Shown here one piece after another: positions 1-7,884 of a DNA stretch of 64,000 nt; position 1 is the first letter of the stretch; every line of letters starts with the position of its first letter. The position numbers were made by a program, and so were the translations under genes. The notes below the pieces were generated by a model. The model was not told where the DNA came from and ran no database searches. It saw only the letters and a program-made list of their open reading frames with translations. The DNA is from Candidatus Ozemobacteraceae bacterium (GTDB taxonomy: Bacteria > Muiribacteriota > Ozemobacteria > Ozemobacterales > Ozemobacteraceae), in the NCBI GenBank assembly GCA_965140445.1, contig OZ223236.1, positions 1,632,001 to 1,696,000 on the forward strand. The letters are read 5' to 3'.

Positions 1-218
1 GTCATACCTATTCGTATATGCCTTCTAAATAGACAATAGGCACATCTTCTTCTAAAAAAATCAGAAAAATTCGCATTGTTAACTTTTGCCAACCAGTAAT
101 TTGAGCTTTCTTCTGGCATTACAACTGTAGAAGACGCATTAACAGTTAATTCCATACCAAACAATGTATTGGGCAAAAGAAAAGCAAGTATGCAAAGCAG
201 TTTAAACATAGAATTCAT
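1..218 (-). CDS. Putative immunity protein of the first Rhs module (partial, runs off window), signal-peptide-like N-terminus
   Basis: Hand translation from ATG at 218: MNSMFKLLCILAFLLPNTLFGMELTVNASSTVVMPEESSNYWLAK..., open to window edge; 16 bp downstream of the Rhs stop. Confidence 0.6.
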   Translation of the reverse strand, partial: MNSMFKLLCILAFLLPNTLFGMELTVNASSTVVMPEESSNYWLAKVNNANFSDFFRRRCAYCLFRRHIRIGM

Positions 219-234
219 AGTTGCTTACCAACAA

Positions 235-1737
235 TTATTCAATTTTTGTCCAGTTTTCTGATGGGCACCAATAATTCCAATGATAAGTAGCACGTCTTTT
301 AACTGGATTAGACCCGCCGATTAAACCAGGATCAGTTCTTGTAGCAGGGCGAGAGAACGAAGGTGATTGTCGAGTTACAGAGAAGCTGCTTGGCAACTCC
401 TGCTCATCATAGTATTTTGCAATTCCTTCAATGGTGACCGTACCTTTTGACTTTCCAAAATCCGGCAATCTCCAAATATCCCTTAATCTGTCAGCATACG
501 GGACTTCTGAATTGACAAGGCCTGGAGAAACAACCCAAGCTTCCCAGAAATAGAAAGGCTCTTTAACGTGGTTAAAGTAAAAGTCTTCAATAAGATCTTC
601 TTTTGCAATATCATCTTCATCTAGAATTTCAACATCCGGATACGATATTTCTTGTATAATAAGGCCTTTTCGAGGCACTAAATCAAGTAGCCATTGGATA
701 TACCAAACAAATTTTGAAGTATCTTTTTTCGGATCCAGAGTCGTTCGATAAGATAGCGTTGGCGACGGGAATGGCACCGAATAACGACCAAACGGATCAG
801 TAAACAACATCGGATTGTTATCAGCATATCTGTAAAGGTTCATTCCTCCGTTGAAGCCTATGGGGTCTTTTGAGGTGAATCTACCGAGTGCTGGTGAATA
901 GTAACGGTTACGGTTGAAATACTGATTGGTGAAGCTAGAGTAACGTCTTCCAGTATACAGATATGGAGTCAGCTTGCTTCCGAAGTGTTTTCCGAAAGCC
1001 CAGCCATTATGGTTGCCACGTCCGAAGCCCCAGGTATTTTCAAGACGATCAAGGTAATTGTCGAAATCTTCGTCTTTGCATGGCGCATGATTGTCTCTTC
1101 CATCCCAGCGGAATTCACCCCAGGCATCGTAACCGATTCTGGCGATTGCTTTGCCGTCTTTGCTGGTGAGAGCAATTGTTGAGCCGAGACCGTCTTTGAG
1201 CATGGCCAGAGACAGGTGATTGTATCTGGTATATGCGATGTCGTCAGAACCAGGCCCACCAATGAATTCTCTGAATATCTTGAGTTGTGGCTTAGCTGGT
1301 TTGCATCTACCACGGAATTTGAATTTTGGTTCAGTTACCAGGTATTCGTGTGATTCGTCAGCGCCATCATAGATTGAAACATAGGTTAGCTCTTCGGATT
1401 TTGGATTGCAGCCAAATCTCTTTTTAGAATCTGACTGGATCTTTCCGGTTTTGCGAGTAATTCTGCGCCAATCTTGCGGCAGATATGTATATTCTTCATA
1501 AGCAACAGATTCTTTGCTGTGTTTCAGATGACCATAGCCATGGCCTTTTCTGTTCTTGTCATGCTTGCAATCGTCAATAGTCTTTTCAACTCTCACGAGT
1601 CTGTTGTCAGAATTCCAGATGTATGAAGCTTCTGAGTCAGAAAGCATGTTGCCATCAGCATCATTCAAAAGAAAGTCGGGGAAAAATCCTTTGCATAGAA
1701 TTTCCACCATTCCCTTGGGTTCTGTTGTTTCCGTCAT
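235..1737 (-). CDS. Short Rhs-repeat-associated core protein with uncharacterised C-terminal toxin domain (module 1)
   Basis: YD-like repeat DADGNMLSD, DGLGSTIAL, YDAWGE, YTGRRY..YFNRNRYYSPALGRFTSKDPIG..NLYRYADNNP..TDPFG core followed by a unique tip of about 183 aa. Confidence 0.9.
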   Translation of the reverse strand: MTETTEPKGMVEILCKGFFPDFLLNDADGNMLSDSEASYIWNSDNRLVRVEKTIDDCKHDKNRKGHGYGHLKHSKESVAYEEYTYLPQDWRRITRKTGKIQSDSKKRFGCNPKSEELTYVSIYDGADESHEYLVTEPKFKFRGRCKPAKPQLKIFREFIGGPGSDDIAYTRYNHLSLAMLKDGLGSTIALTSKDGKAIARIGYDAWGEFRWDGRDNHAPCKDEDFDNYLDRLENTWGFGRGNHNGWAFGKHFGSKLTPYLYTGRRYSSFTNQYFNRNRYYSPALGRFTSKDPIGFNGGMNLYRYADNNPMLFTDPFGRYSVPFPSPTLSYRTTLDPKKDTSKFVWYIQWLLDLVPRKGLIIQEISYPDVEILDEDDIAKEDLIEDFYFNHVKEPFYFWEAWVVSPGLVNSEVPYADRLRDIWRLPDFGKSKGTVTIEGIAKYYDEQELPSSFSVTRQSPSFSRPATRTDPGLIGGSNPVKRRATYHWNYWCPSENWTKIE

Positions 1738-1964
1738 TTCCGCTCACTTTTGCTTTGTCTTTTTATAGTTAGTTAATATTATAAAACAAACATCCATAAA
1801 AAAAAAGAAGCGATATTAACTGCTTATTCTATTGTCGGAACCCAGCAAAATCAGTGAATTTTCCTAAATATACGATTTTTTCCGCATTCTGTGGTTTCCT
1901 CAGGTTGAATCGAAAGAGCTTTTTTTAAGACTCTTTGACGTCATGCTGGCTCAATATTAAAAAT

Positions 1965-2004
1965 CTTAGAGCGGCATTTTTACTGCTGAAAATGCCGCTC
2001 TAAG
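1965..2004. terminator. Inverted repeat, probable terminator downstream of the antitoxin gene
   Basis: cttagagcggcatttt ... aaaatgccgctctaag. Confidence 0.55.
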
Positions 2005-2150
2005 GACAAAAAACAGATATTTTTAGACTATTTTGCTTTATCTGTAAGACTTTCCGCTGGTCCGACCCGGAATTCCGTAATTCAAAAGCTTCTCAGCTTG
2101 ATATTGCTGGTGACCAATTCATGCCGCAGAAAAAGAGGCTAAATTAAAAA

Positions 2151-2444
2151 TCAGGCGTTCAGTAAAGCCTGGCAGATTGCTTCCGGGTTGGTCTGGGCTA
2201 TTTTCAGTAGAACCATTGCCGGGCCTTCTGGCCTTCTGCGGCCCTGTTCCCAGTTTCTGAGAGTGGCAACGCTTATGCCGATCATCAGCGCGAATTCCTG
2301 CTGAGTTTTGTGCAGCTTCTCTCTAATCTGCTTTACATCGAGCGGAGTTATTTCAAGGACTCTGCTCGGTTTCATCTCACCGCGCCGAATCTTTCCGGCC
2401 TGTTTAATGCTGGTTACCAGATTGTTGAAGTCACTGTCTTTCAT
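2151..2444 (-). CDS. HigA-2/NadS-like XRE helix-turn-helix antitoxin
   Basis: MKDSDFNNLVTSIKQAG..DVKQIREKLHKTQQEFALMIGISVATLRNWEQGRRRPEGPA; own RBS GAGGAGG upstream of ATG 2444. Confidence 0.85.
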   Translation of the reverse strand: MKDSDFNNLVTSIKQAGKIRRGEMKPSRVLEITPLDVKQIREKLHKTQQEFALMIGISVATLRNWEQGRRRPEGPAMVLLKIAQTNPEAICQALLNA

Positions 2445-2621
2445 TTGAATTCCTCCTCTGCCGCTTTCCGACCAACGCAGTTTCCGTAAGCCACCGCTGC
2501 CCTTGATAATATCTCCGGCAACCGGACAACGTACCAATGCCTGCTGCATTTCCTTGTATTCATCATCTGGCATTAATTTGACTATAACGGCGGTAAAAAC
2601 AGAAGTTTCTATTATTTCCAT
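2445..2621 (-). pseudogene. Truncated HigB-2/RelE-like toxin (N-terminal half only), fused in frame to the antitoxin
   Basis: MEIIETSVF..PDDEYKEMQQAL..PVAGDIIKGSGGLRKLRW..GRGG runs directly into the antitoxin; the RVIYY/LLxxYxK half is missing. Confidence 0.75.
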
Positions 2622-2630
2622 AATTCTATT

Positions 2631-2647
2631 ATACGCCATTGGCGCAT
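2631..2647. promoter_or_regulatory. Palindromic operator upstream of the TA locus
   Basis: atacgcca-t-tggcgcat dyad about 10 bp upstream of the toxin start, where antitoxin autorepression sites usually lie. Confidence 0.55.
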
Positions 2648-2810
2648 TGACTGGATGACCAGGAAACAGTTATTAAGCTGATAGATGCAATGATAGTTAA
2701 AAATAGAGTAGAGGGAGCTTTGAAGATTGCTTAGCTGATCAGAAGCAGCTAAAAGAATAAATTGGTTATAAGCTGATAAGCCGGAACGGGTTAACTGCTT
2801 GTAATCAATG

Positions 2811-2845
2811 ACATAGCCCCACAGGGAAATCCCGTGGGGCTATGT
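2811..2845 (-). terminator. Intrinsic terminator after the module-2 immunity gene
   Basis: acatagccccac...gtggggctatgt stem. Confidence 0.6.
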
Positions 2846-2861
2846 GTTAAGGCGTTATTAT

Positions 2862-3179
2862 TTATTGTCCATTAAAAAAAAGGACTTTTGTCGTTTTGTT
2901 TGAAAAAACAATTATATAAATTGTCTCATCTAGCTTCGTGTTGTTAGTGTAATGAAAAGCCCAAGAATAATCTGAAGAATGATTTACAACTTTAGTCTCA
3001 GAGTAGCTTTTGGGATCAATATTTTCATTATTACAATAGTTTAAAAAAGTGGCCTTGGAGATTCTCTTTGCTTCTTTTTTCGGTAGAGCTTTTTTTACAC
3101 ATCCTCCTAGAACAATTGCTGAAAAAAGCAAAAAACATAGAACATCAAGAAGCTTTTGCTTTCCGGTCTTGCTTTTCAC
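2862..3179 (-). CDS. Lipoprotein, putative immunity protein for the colicin M-like toxin
   Basis: Basic N-terminus, hydrophobic stretch, lipobox LGGC; directly abuts the Rhs module-2 stop. Confidence 0.7.
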   Translation of the reverse strand: MKSKTGKQKLLDVLCFLLFSAIVLGGCVKKALPKKEAKRISKATFLNYCNNENIDPKSYSETKVVNHSSDYSWAFHYTNNTKLDETIYIIVFSNKTTKVLFFNGQ

Positions 3180-4349
3180 TTATAGTCCCCAAACTTCCTT
3201 CCAATAAATCGTAACTTTGCCATGTTTTTCCACTTTTGTTGCAGGCAAGCTTCCGCTACCAACTTTCTTTTGAGAACCATAAAATCTAATTTTGTAACTA
3301 ATTCCATGAAGAAAAAGTCTTCCAATTCCTGCCAAAGTTTCGCCAACCAATCCTCTATCTCCTCTTTCAAAACCATAATCATCTTCAGAACCTATTAATT
3401 TACCATTAAATGACCAAGTAGAATCTTTATTGATTTTAAGTTTTCCCTTCAATCTTACCCCAATTGTTCCTAATAAAAGAATTTGGTTGAGTTTTGCTGA
3501 AAAATGCTCTAATTCATTAATCTCTATTTCTGTATCTTCACATCTTTTTCTATTTATTTCTTTCCATATGCTTGGAAACTGGGTTAGATGGATATGATAA
3601 GTTCTCACATTTTTAAAGTTGATATTGATTGGCTCACCTGGTTTTCCATCTACTCCCCAATAGTTCTCCATTCCGTCTCTTGCAGAGAATAATCCCCATG
3701 GAACAGTATAAATTAATGGGTTATTGTCGGCATACCTGTAAAGATTGATGTCTCCATAAAAACCTATCGGGTCTTTTAAGATGAATCTTCCTAGTGCAGG
3801 AGAATAATACCTATTACGGTTGAAATACTGGTTCGTGATCTCAGAGTATCTTCTGCCGGTATAGAGGTATGGGGTTAGTTTTTTGGCGAAGGATTTTCCG
3901 AAGGCCCAGCCGTTGTGGTTGGCGTGGCCGAAGCTCCAAGTGCTGCCAAATCTTTTTAAGTAGCTTTCGAATTGGTTTTCTTTGCAAGGAGATTTTTTGC
4001 AATTTTTGTCGTTCCAGCGGAATTCGCCCCAGGCATCGTAACCGATTCTGGCGATTGCTTTGCCGTCTTTGCTGGTGAGAGCGATTGTTGAGCCGAGACC
4101 ATCTTTTAGCATGCCCAGAGACAGGCGGTTGTATCTTGTATATGCGATATCGTCGGAGCCAGGTCCACCGATAAATTCTCTGAAGATGGTCAGTTGCGGT
4201 TTTGCTGGTTTGCATCTACCACGGAATTTGAATCTTGGTTCAGTTCCCAGGTATTCGTGTGATTCGTCAGCGCCATTCAAAAGAAAGTCAGGAGAAAATT
4301 CTTTGGGTAAAATTTCCGATATTTCTTTTACTCTAGTTGTTCCCGTCAT
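3180..4349 (-). CDS. Short Rhs core protein with colicin M-like (lipid II-degrading) C-terminal domain (module 2)
   Basis: Rhs core motifs; tip LLGTIGVRLKGKLKINKDSTWSFNGKLIGSEDDYGFERGDRGLVGETLAGIG..GISYKIRFYG resembles the ColM catalytic domain; start set at ATG 4349 by homology with modules 1 and 3. Confidence 0.82.
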   Translation of the reverse strand: MTGTTRVKEISEILPKEFSPDFLLNGADESHEYLGTEPRFKFRGRCKPAKPQLTIFREFIGGPGSDDIAYTRYNRLSLGMLKDGLGSTIALTSKDGKAIARIGYDAWGEFRWNDKNCKKSPCKENQFESYLKRFGSTWSFGHANHNGWAFGKSFAKKLTPYLYTGRRYSEITNQYFNRNRYYSPALGRFILKDPIGFYGDINLYRYADNNPLIYTVPWGLFSARDGMENYWGVDGKPGEPININFKNVRTYHIHLTQFPSIWKEINRKRCEDTEIEINELEHFSAKLNQILLLGTIGVRLKGKLKINKDSTWSFNGKLIGSEDDYGFERGDRGLVGETLAGIGRLFLHGISYKIRFYGSQKKVGSGSLPATKVEKHGKVTIYWKEVWGL

Positions 4350-4514
4350 TTCCACTCACTTTTTCTCTATCTTTTTTATAGTTAGTTAATAAACATTGTA
4401 AAACAAACAACCATAAAAAAAAAGAAGCGATATTTGCTGGTTCTACGTGTAAAGGCTACTTTCTGTGTCGAGTCATAGTATTCAGAGCCCACTGAATTAA
4501 AAATGGGTGAAAAT
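3720..4514. repeat. Direct repeat unit (leader, promoter and Rhs core), copy 2; homologous to about 810-1817 and about 6267-7060
   Basis: Near-identical stretches such as ccccaggcatcgtaaccgattctggcgattgctttgccgtctttgctggtgagagc and ccataaaaaaaaagaagcgatat occur in all three copies. Confidence 0.9.
4375..4402 (-). promoter_or_regulatory. Putative sigma70 promoter of Rhs module 2
   Basis: TTTACA-N16-TATAAA on the minus strand, conserved at 6922-6949. Confidence 0.5.
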
Positions 4515-4833
4515 AGCTTGTTTTTAGTGGTTTTATGGAAAATAGCAAATGGAAGATGTTTTGAGGCCAATCAGTTGTTTTTTAGCTCATTGAAACGGGA
4601 AATTACCAGGGGGATTTTGGGAAAAGAGACTCAGCCGGCTCAAAATGGTATTGAGTCGGCTGAGATTATGTTGTATGGGCTTTGGGGGAGTTTGGGGGTA
4701 GAATTGGCAAAGCGAAGGCTGGCGCGGGCTGTGCTCTTAGGTGCGGTTGCAAGGGAGCAGCCAGACCGAAGCCGCTCCGAGGTTTTAACCGGAATGTGCA
4801 GCGACACCGGGGCCGCTGCCATAAATCCAAATG

Positions 4834-5589
4834 CTAATCAACTCTAACTCCCAAAGGTTTCATTTGTAGAATTTGAGAAACCTTCTTGGCCGATTTTGGG
4901 AAACCTGATTTAAAGCCATTCCATTCATTGCCAATAGCGCCAACTCTCAAACAGATAGCCACGCTCTTTAAAGTTGAAGCTGTTTTTAGTCTTTTAAAAA
5001 AACTCTGATTGTCAAAGTTCTCAGGTAAAGAATCCAATTTTTTTAGCAAATTTAATAACTCATCACCTTTTGAATTTTGCTTGATTAGCAAAGTATAAAG
5101 AACTAGTTGAACTGCACTGTTCGACTTGTAACATTGAACTTTAGATTCTATGGCTCTTATGTATGCTTTGCGAACCTTGCAGCTGTCTATAAAATTAATC
5201 TTTAACAATTGCTCACATGATGCCCAAAACAAATTGCAATTTTCTCTGTCAAGATAAGAAATCAAAATTTGTAAAATTTGTGGCAAGCGTTCTTTATTGT
5301 AATGATAAAGCGCCGGCAAAATTAGAATGCCAAATAAAGCTTTTAACGGCCCATCTTTGCTTTTAGAAATACTTAACACCTTCATTTCAAGAATCGCATT
5401 CCTGGCTGAAGCATTTAAGTTTTCTCGACAATAGACATGAGATATCGAAAATATATTCTCCGTTATAGCTTTGTCTGTTTTTAATTCCTTTGTTTGCTGA
5501 AAAAACCAGGCGTAAGGATCTCTTTGTGAATATAGTGGTATTTCTACTAAAAGAAGCAGTAAAAATAGAACTTTTCCCAGCAATTTCAT
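4834..5589 (-). CDS. Secreted protein, putative immunity protein of Rhs module 3
   Basis: Signal-peptide-like MKLLGKVLFLLLLLVEIPLYS; ATGA overlap with the Rhs stop. Confidence 0.7.
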   Translation of the reverse strand: MKLLGKVLFLLLLLVEIPLYSQRDPYAWFFQQTKELKTDKAITENIFSISHVYCRENLNASARNAILEMKVLSISKSKDGPLKALFGILILPALYHYNKERLPQILQILISYLDRENCNLFWASCEQLLKINFIDSCKVRKAYIRAIESKVQCYKSNSAVQLVLYTLLIKQNSKGDELLNLLKKLDSLPENFDNQSFFKRLKTASTLKSVAICLRVGAIGNEWNGFKSGFPKSAKKVSQILQMKPLGVRVD

Positions 5590-6896
5590 CTTAGAAAGCC
5601 TTGCCCTCTCTCCTTAAAAACTCTCCACATATCTGACCATTTGGGATGGGAATTATTTATAGGTTTCCCATAGCAATTCCAAATTTTTTTAACCTTTCCT
5701 GTGTCATATGCGTATGTAGCTGAGTCTCCACCCCAGTGTGAATTGTCGTATATCTCCCCAAGAAATTTATCACTGTAAAATCGTTTTGGTTCAGCATGAA
5801 CCCATGACGATCCGAGTAGAGTTCTAAACATGTTAGCTTCTAAGGTCTTGCCAAAGTCGTGATTTGCCGTTGTGTACCCACCTAAATATTCTTCAGCTAA
5901 CTCGTGAATAAGTACAGAAGTGAGCATTATTGGATCGGAATAATACCTAGAGCTCATTTCCAGGGTGTTATTAGAGGTGGATGTGTCACCAGTTACCCAC
6001 TTAAAAACCATCATTCGAGTTGAATTGGGATCTGTTCTCATACCACGAAAAGAAGCTTGTAGCAAATCTCTCAATTGAAGCCCTAATTGTCCGCTATTCC
6101 CAATACCTCCATAAATAGCAGAAAGAATCATACCACCACTAAAATTTCTTTCAACTAACTTATGATGGAATTCAATCCAAGAGATTCTTTCAGTTGGTAA
6201 ATAACTTGGTAGTCGATTGGAAAAATCGATCGAAAATGCACCAGATGGGTCGTAATATTTTAAAGGATTGTTATCAGCATATCTGTAGAGGTTATTCCCC
6301 CCGTTGAAGCCTATGGGGTCTTTTGAGGTGAATCTACCGAGTGCTGGTGAGTAATAACGATTACGGTTGAAATACTGATTCACAATTTCTGAGTAACGTC
6401 TTCCGGTGTAGAGGTATGGGGTTAGTTTTTTGGCGAAGGATTTGCCGAAGGCCCAGCCGTTGTGGTTGGCGTGGCCGAAGCCCCAGGTGGTGCCAAATCT
6501 GTTGAGGTAGCTTTCGAATTCGTTTTCTTTGCAAGGAGATTTTTTGCAATTTTTGTCGTTCCAGCGGAATTCGCCCCAGGCATCGTAACCGATTCTGGCG
6601 ATTGCTTTGCCGTCTTTGCTGGTGAGAGCGATTGTTGAGCCGAGACCATCTTTGAGCATGGCCAGAGACAGGTGATTGTATCTGGTATAGGCGATGTCGT
6701 CGGAACCAGGTCCACCGATGAATTCTCTGAATATCTTGAGTTGTGGCTTTGCTGGTTTGCATCTACCACGGAATTTGAATTTAGGGTCAGTTACCAGATA
6801 TTCGTGTGATTCGTCAGCGCCATTCAAAAGAAAGTCAGGAAATAAATCTTTGGGTAAAATTTCCGACATTCCATTTTTTCTAGTTGTTCCCGTCAT
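5586..6896 (-). CDS. Short Rhs core protein with a metallopeptidase-like (HExxE variant) C-terminal domain (module 3)
   Basis: Rhs core ending YYDPSG; tip contains SVLIHELAEEYLGG..NHD. Confidence 0.82.
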   Translation of the reverse strand: MTGTTRKNGMSEILPKDLFPDFLLNGADESHEYLVTDPKFKFRGRCKPAKPQLKIFREFIGGPGSDDIAYTRYNHLSLAMLKDGLGSTIALTSKDGKAIARIGYDAWGEFRWNDKNCKKSPCKENEFESYLNRFGTTWGFGHANHNGWAFGKSFAKKLTPYLYTGRRYSEIVNQYFNRNRYYSPALGRFTSKDPIGFNGGNNLYRYADNNPLKYYDPSGAFSIDFSNRLPSYLPTERISWIEFHHKLVERNFSGGMILSAIYGGIGNSGQLGLQLRDLLQASFRGMRTDPNSTRMMVFKWVTGDTSTSNNTLEMSSRYYSDPIMLTSVLIHELAEEYLGGYTTANHDFGKTLEANMFRTLLGSSWVHAEPKRFYSDKFLGEIYDNSHWGGDSATYAYDTGKVKKIWNCYGKPINNSHPKWSDMWRVFKERGQGFLR

Positions 6897-7060
6897 TTCC
6901 GCTCACTTTTTCTTTATCTTTTTTATAGTTAGCTAATAAACATTGTAAAACAAACATCCATAAAAAAAAAGAAGCGATATTTGCTGGTTCTACGCGTAAA
7001 GGCTACTTTCTGTGTCGAGTCATAGTATTCAGAGTCCACTGAATAAAATTGGGTGAAAAT
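6267..7060. repeat. Direct repeat unit copy 3 (leader, promoter and Rhs core)
   Basis: Matches 3720-4514, including non-coding ggctactttctgtgtcgagtcatagtattcagag. Confidence 0.9.
6922..6949 (-). promoter_or_regulatory. Putative sigma70 promoter of Rhs module 3
   Basis: TTTACA-N16-TATAAA, followed by RBS-like GAGCGGA before the ATG. Confidence 0.5.
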
Positions 7061-7179
7061 GACCTGCTTTTAGTCCCAACTCTATTTGTCGATAAGGCTT
7101 TTCATTTGGCCGACCCCTGAATCTTTGGGCTACTGGGGCCGCAATAAAGTTCCTGAGCTAAAATCGAACATTCTGCTTC

Positions 7180-7578
7180 TCAAATAAGCAATTTCCCAAT
7201 CAACTTAGCATGAATGAAAAAACCAAATCCGATCTCAAAAAAGCTTACTAGGGGGAGTAACAAGAACCATATTCCGTCTTTCTTGCAAAACAACCTTGTT
7301 GAAAGCATTCCCAGGTTGAAGATGAATAGAAGCCACCAAATCCAAAAATGGGAATACAAAAAAAGTACCAGTTGAACTGCCAGGTCAGTCCAATAATCAG
7401 GTGTAAGAGAAAAATTTCCATACTTTACGATTATCAATTTATTCCAACCCGAGGAGCAAGAAGCGAAGGCGAAACCAAGGGGCAAATTCCAACAAACAAA
7501 AATCAAGAATTGTTTAAAAACGCTTTCTATTCTCAGGACAATGGCAGCAAATTTATACAGAAGAGGTAAACTTTTCAT
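7180..7578 (-). CDS. Small multi-pass membrane protein, possible orphan immunity protein
   Basis: About 3 hydrophobic segments; 3 bp downstream of ORF 7582-7884, at the head of the toxin array. Confidence 0.5.
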   Translation of the reverse strand: MKSLPLLYKFAAIVLRIESVFKQFLIFVCWNLPLGFAFASCSSGWNKLIIVKYGNFSLTPDYWTDLAVQLVLFLYSHFWIWWLLFIFNLGMLSTRLFCKKDGIWFLLLPLVSFFEIGFGFFIHAKLIGKLLI

Positions 7579-7581
7579 AGC

Positions 7582-7884
7582 TTAGAAATCAGCTTCGGGT
7601 AAAGAAATAGGATACCTCTGGCATTCTAGGCGGAACATTTGAGATAATTTATTGATTTCAATATTCGTCCGACCCATCTCAATGATCATGTCCATTCTAT
7701 AAGCCTGTTTAGGCCTTTCCTCCGTCGAAAAAACGAAGATTCGTGCCAGGCCTCCAGCAAAGCTGAGAAAGCTATCATAAGCATTGAAAAAACGATCGGT
7801 CTCAAATTGCTCTATAACCTTCCTCCCAATTGGAGAATACATGCTTAACTCCACCTTGTTTCTATAACCGGCAGCATTCGACAT
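7582..7884 (-). CDS. Hypothetical protein, possibly the remnant of a toxin tip
   Basis: 100-aa ORF; the same frame continues upstream past a single TAG two codons before the ATG. Confidence 0.35.
   Translation of the reverse strand: MSNAAGYRNKVELSMYSPIGRKVIEQFETDRFFNAYDSFLSFAGGLARIFVFSTEERPKQAYRMDMIIEMGRTNIEINKLSQMFRLECQRYPISLPEADF

Noticed and set aside
2040..2075. Weak similarity to 7090-7125 (taag.cttt..ccgaccc..gaat)
   Set aside because: Too short and degenerate to call a repeat without an alignment
3841..6769. Alternative-frame ORFs repeated within the Rhs cores (MQTSK.., MVDANQ..)
   Set aside because: They recur only because the DNA is duplicated, and have no RBS or recognisable motifs
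1798..6970. Phase variation through the A-tracts in the Rhs leaders
   Set aside because: All three tracts are A9 and lie upstream of the -35 element, so no length variation is seen
810..7060. CRISPR array or diversity-generating retroelement explanation for the repeats
   Set aside because: Repeats are about 0.8-1 kb and coding, with no short repeat-spacer periodicity; no cas or reverse transcriptase gene is present
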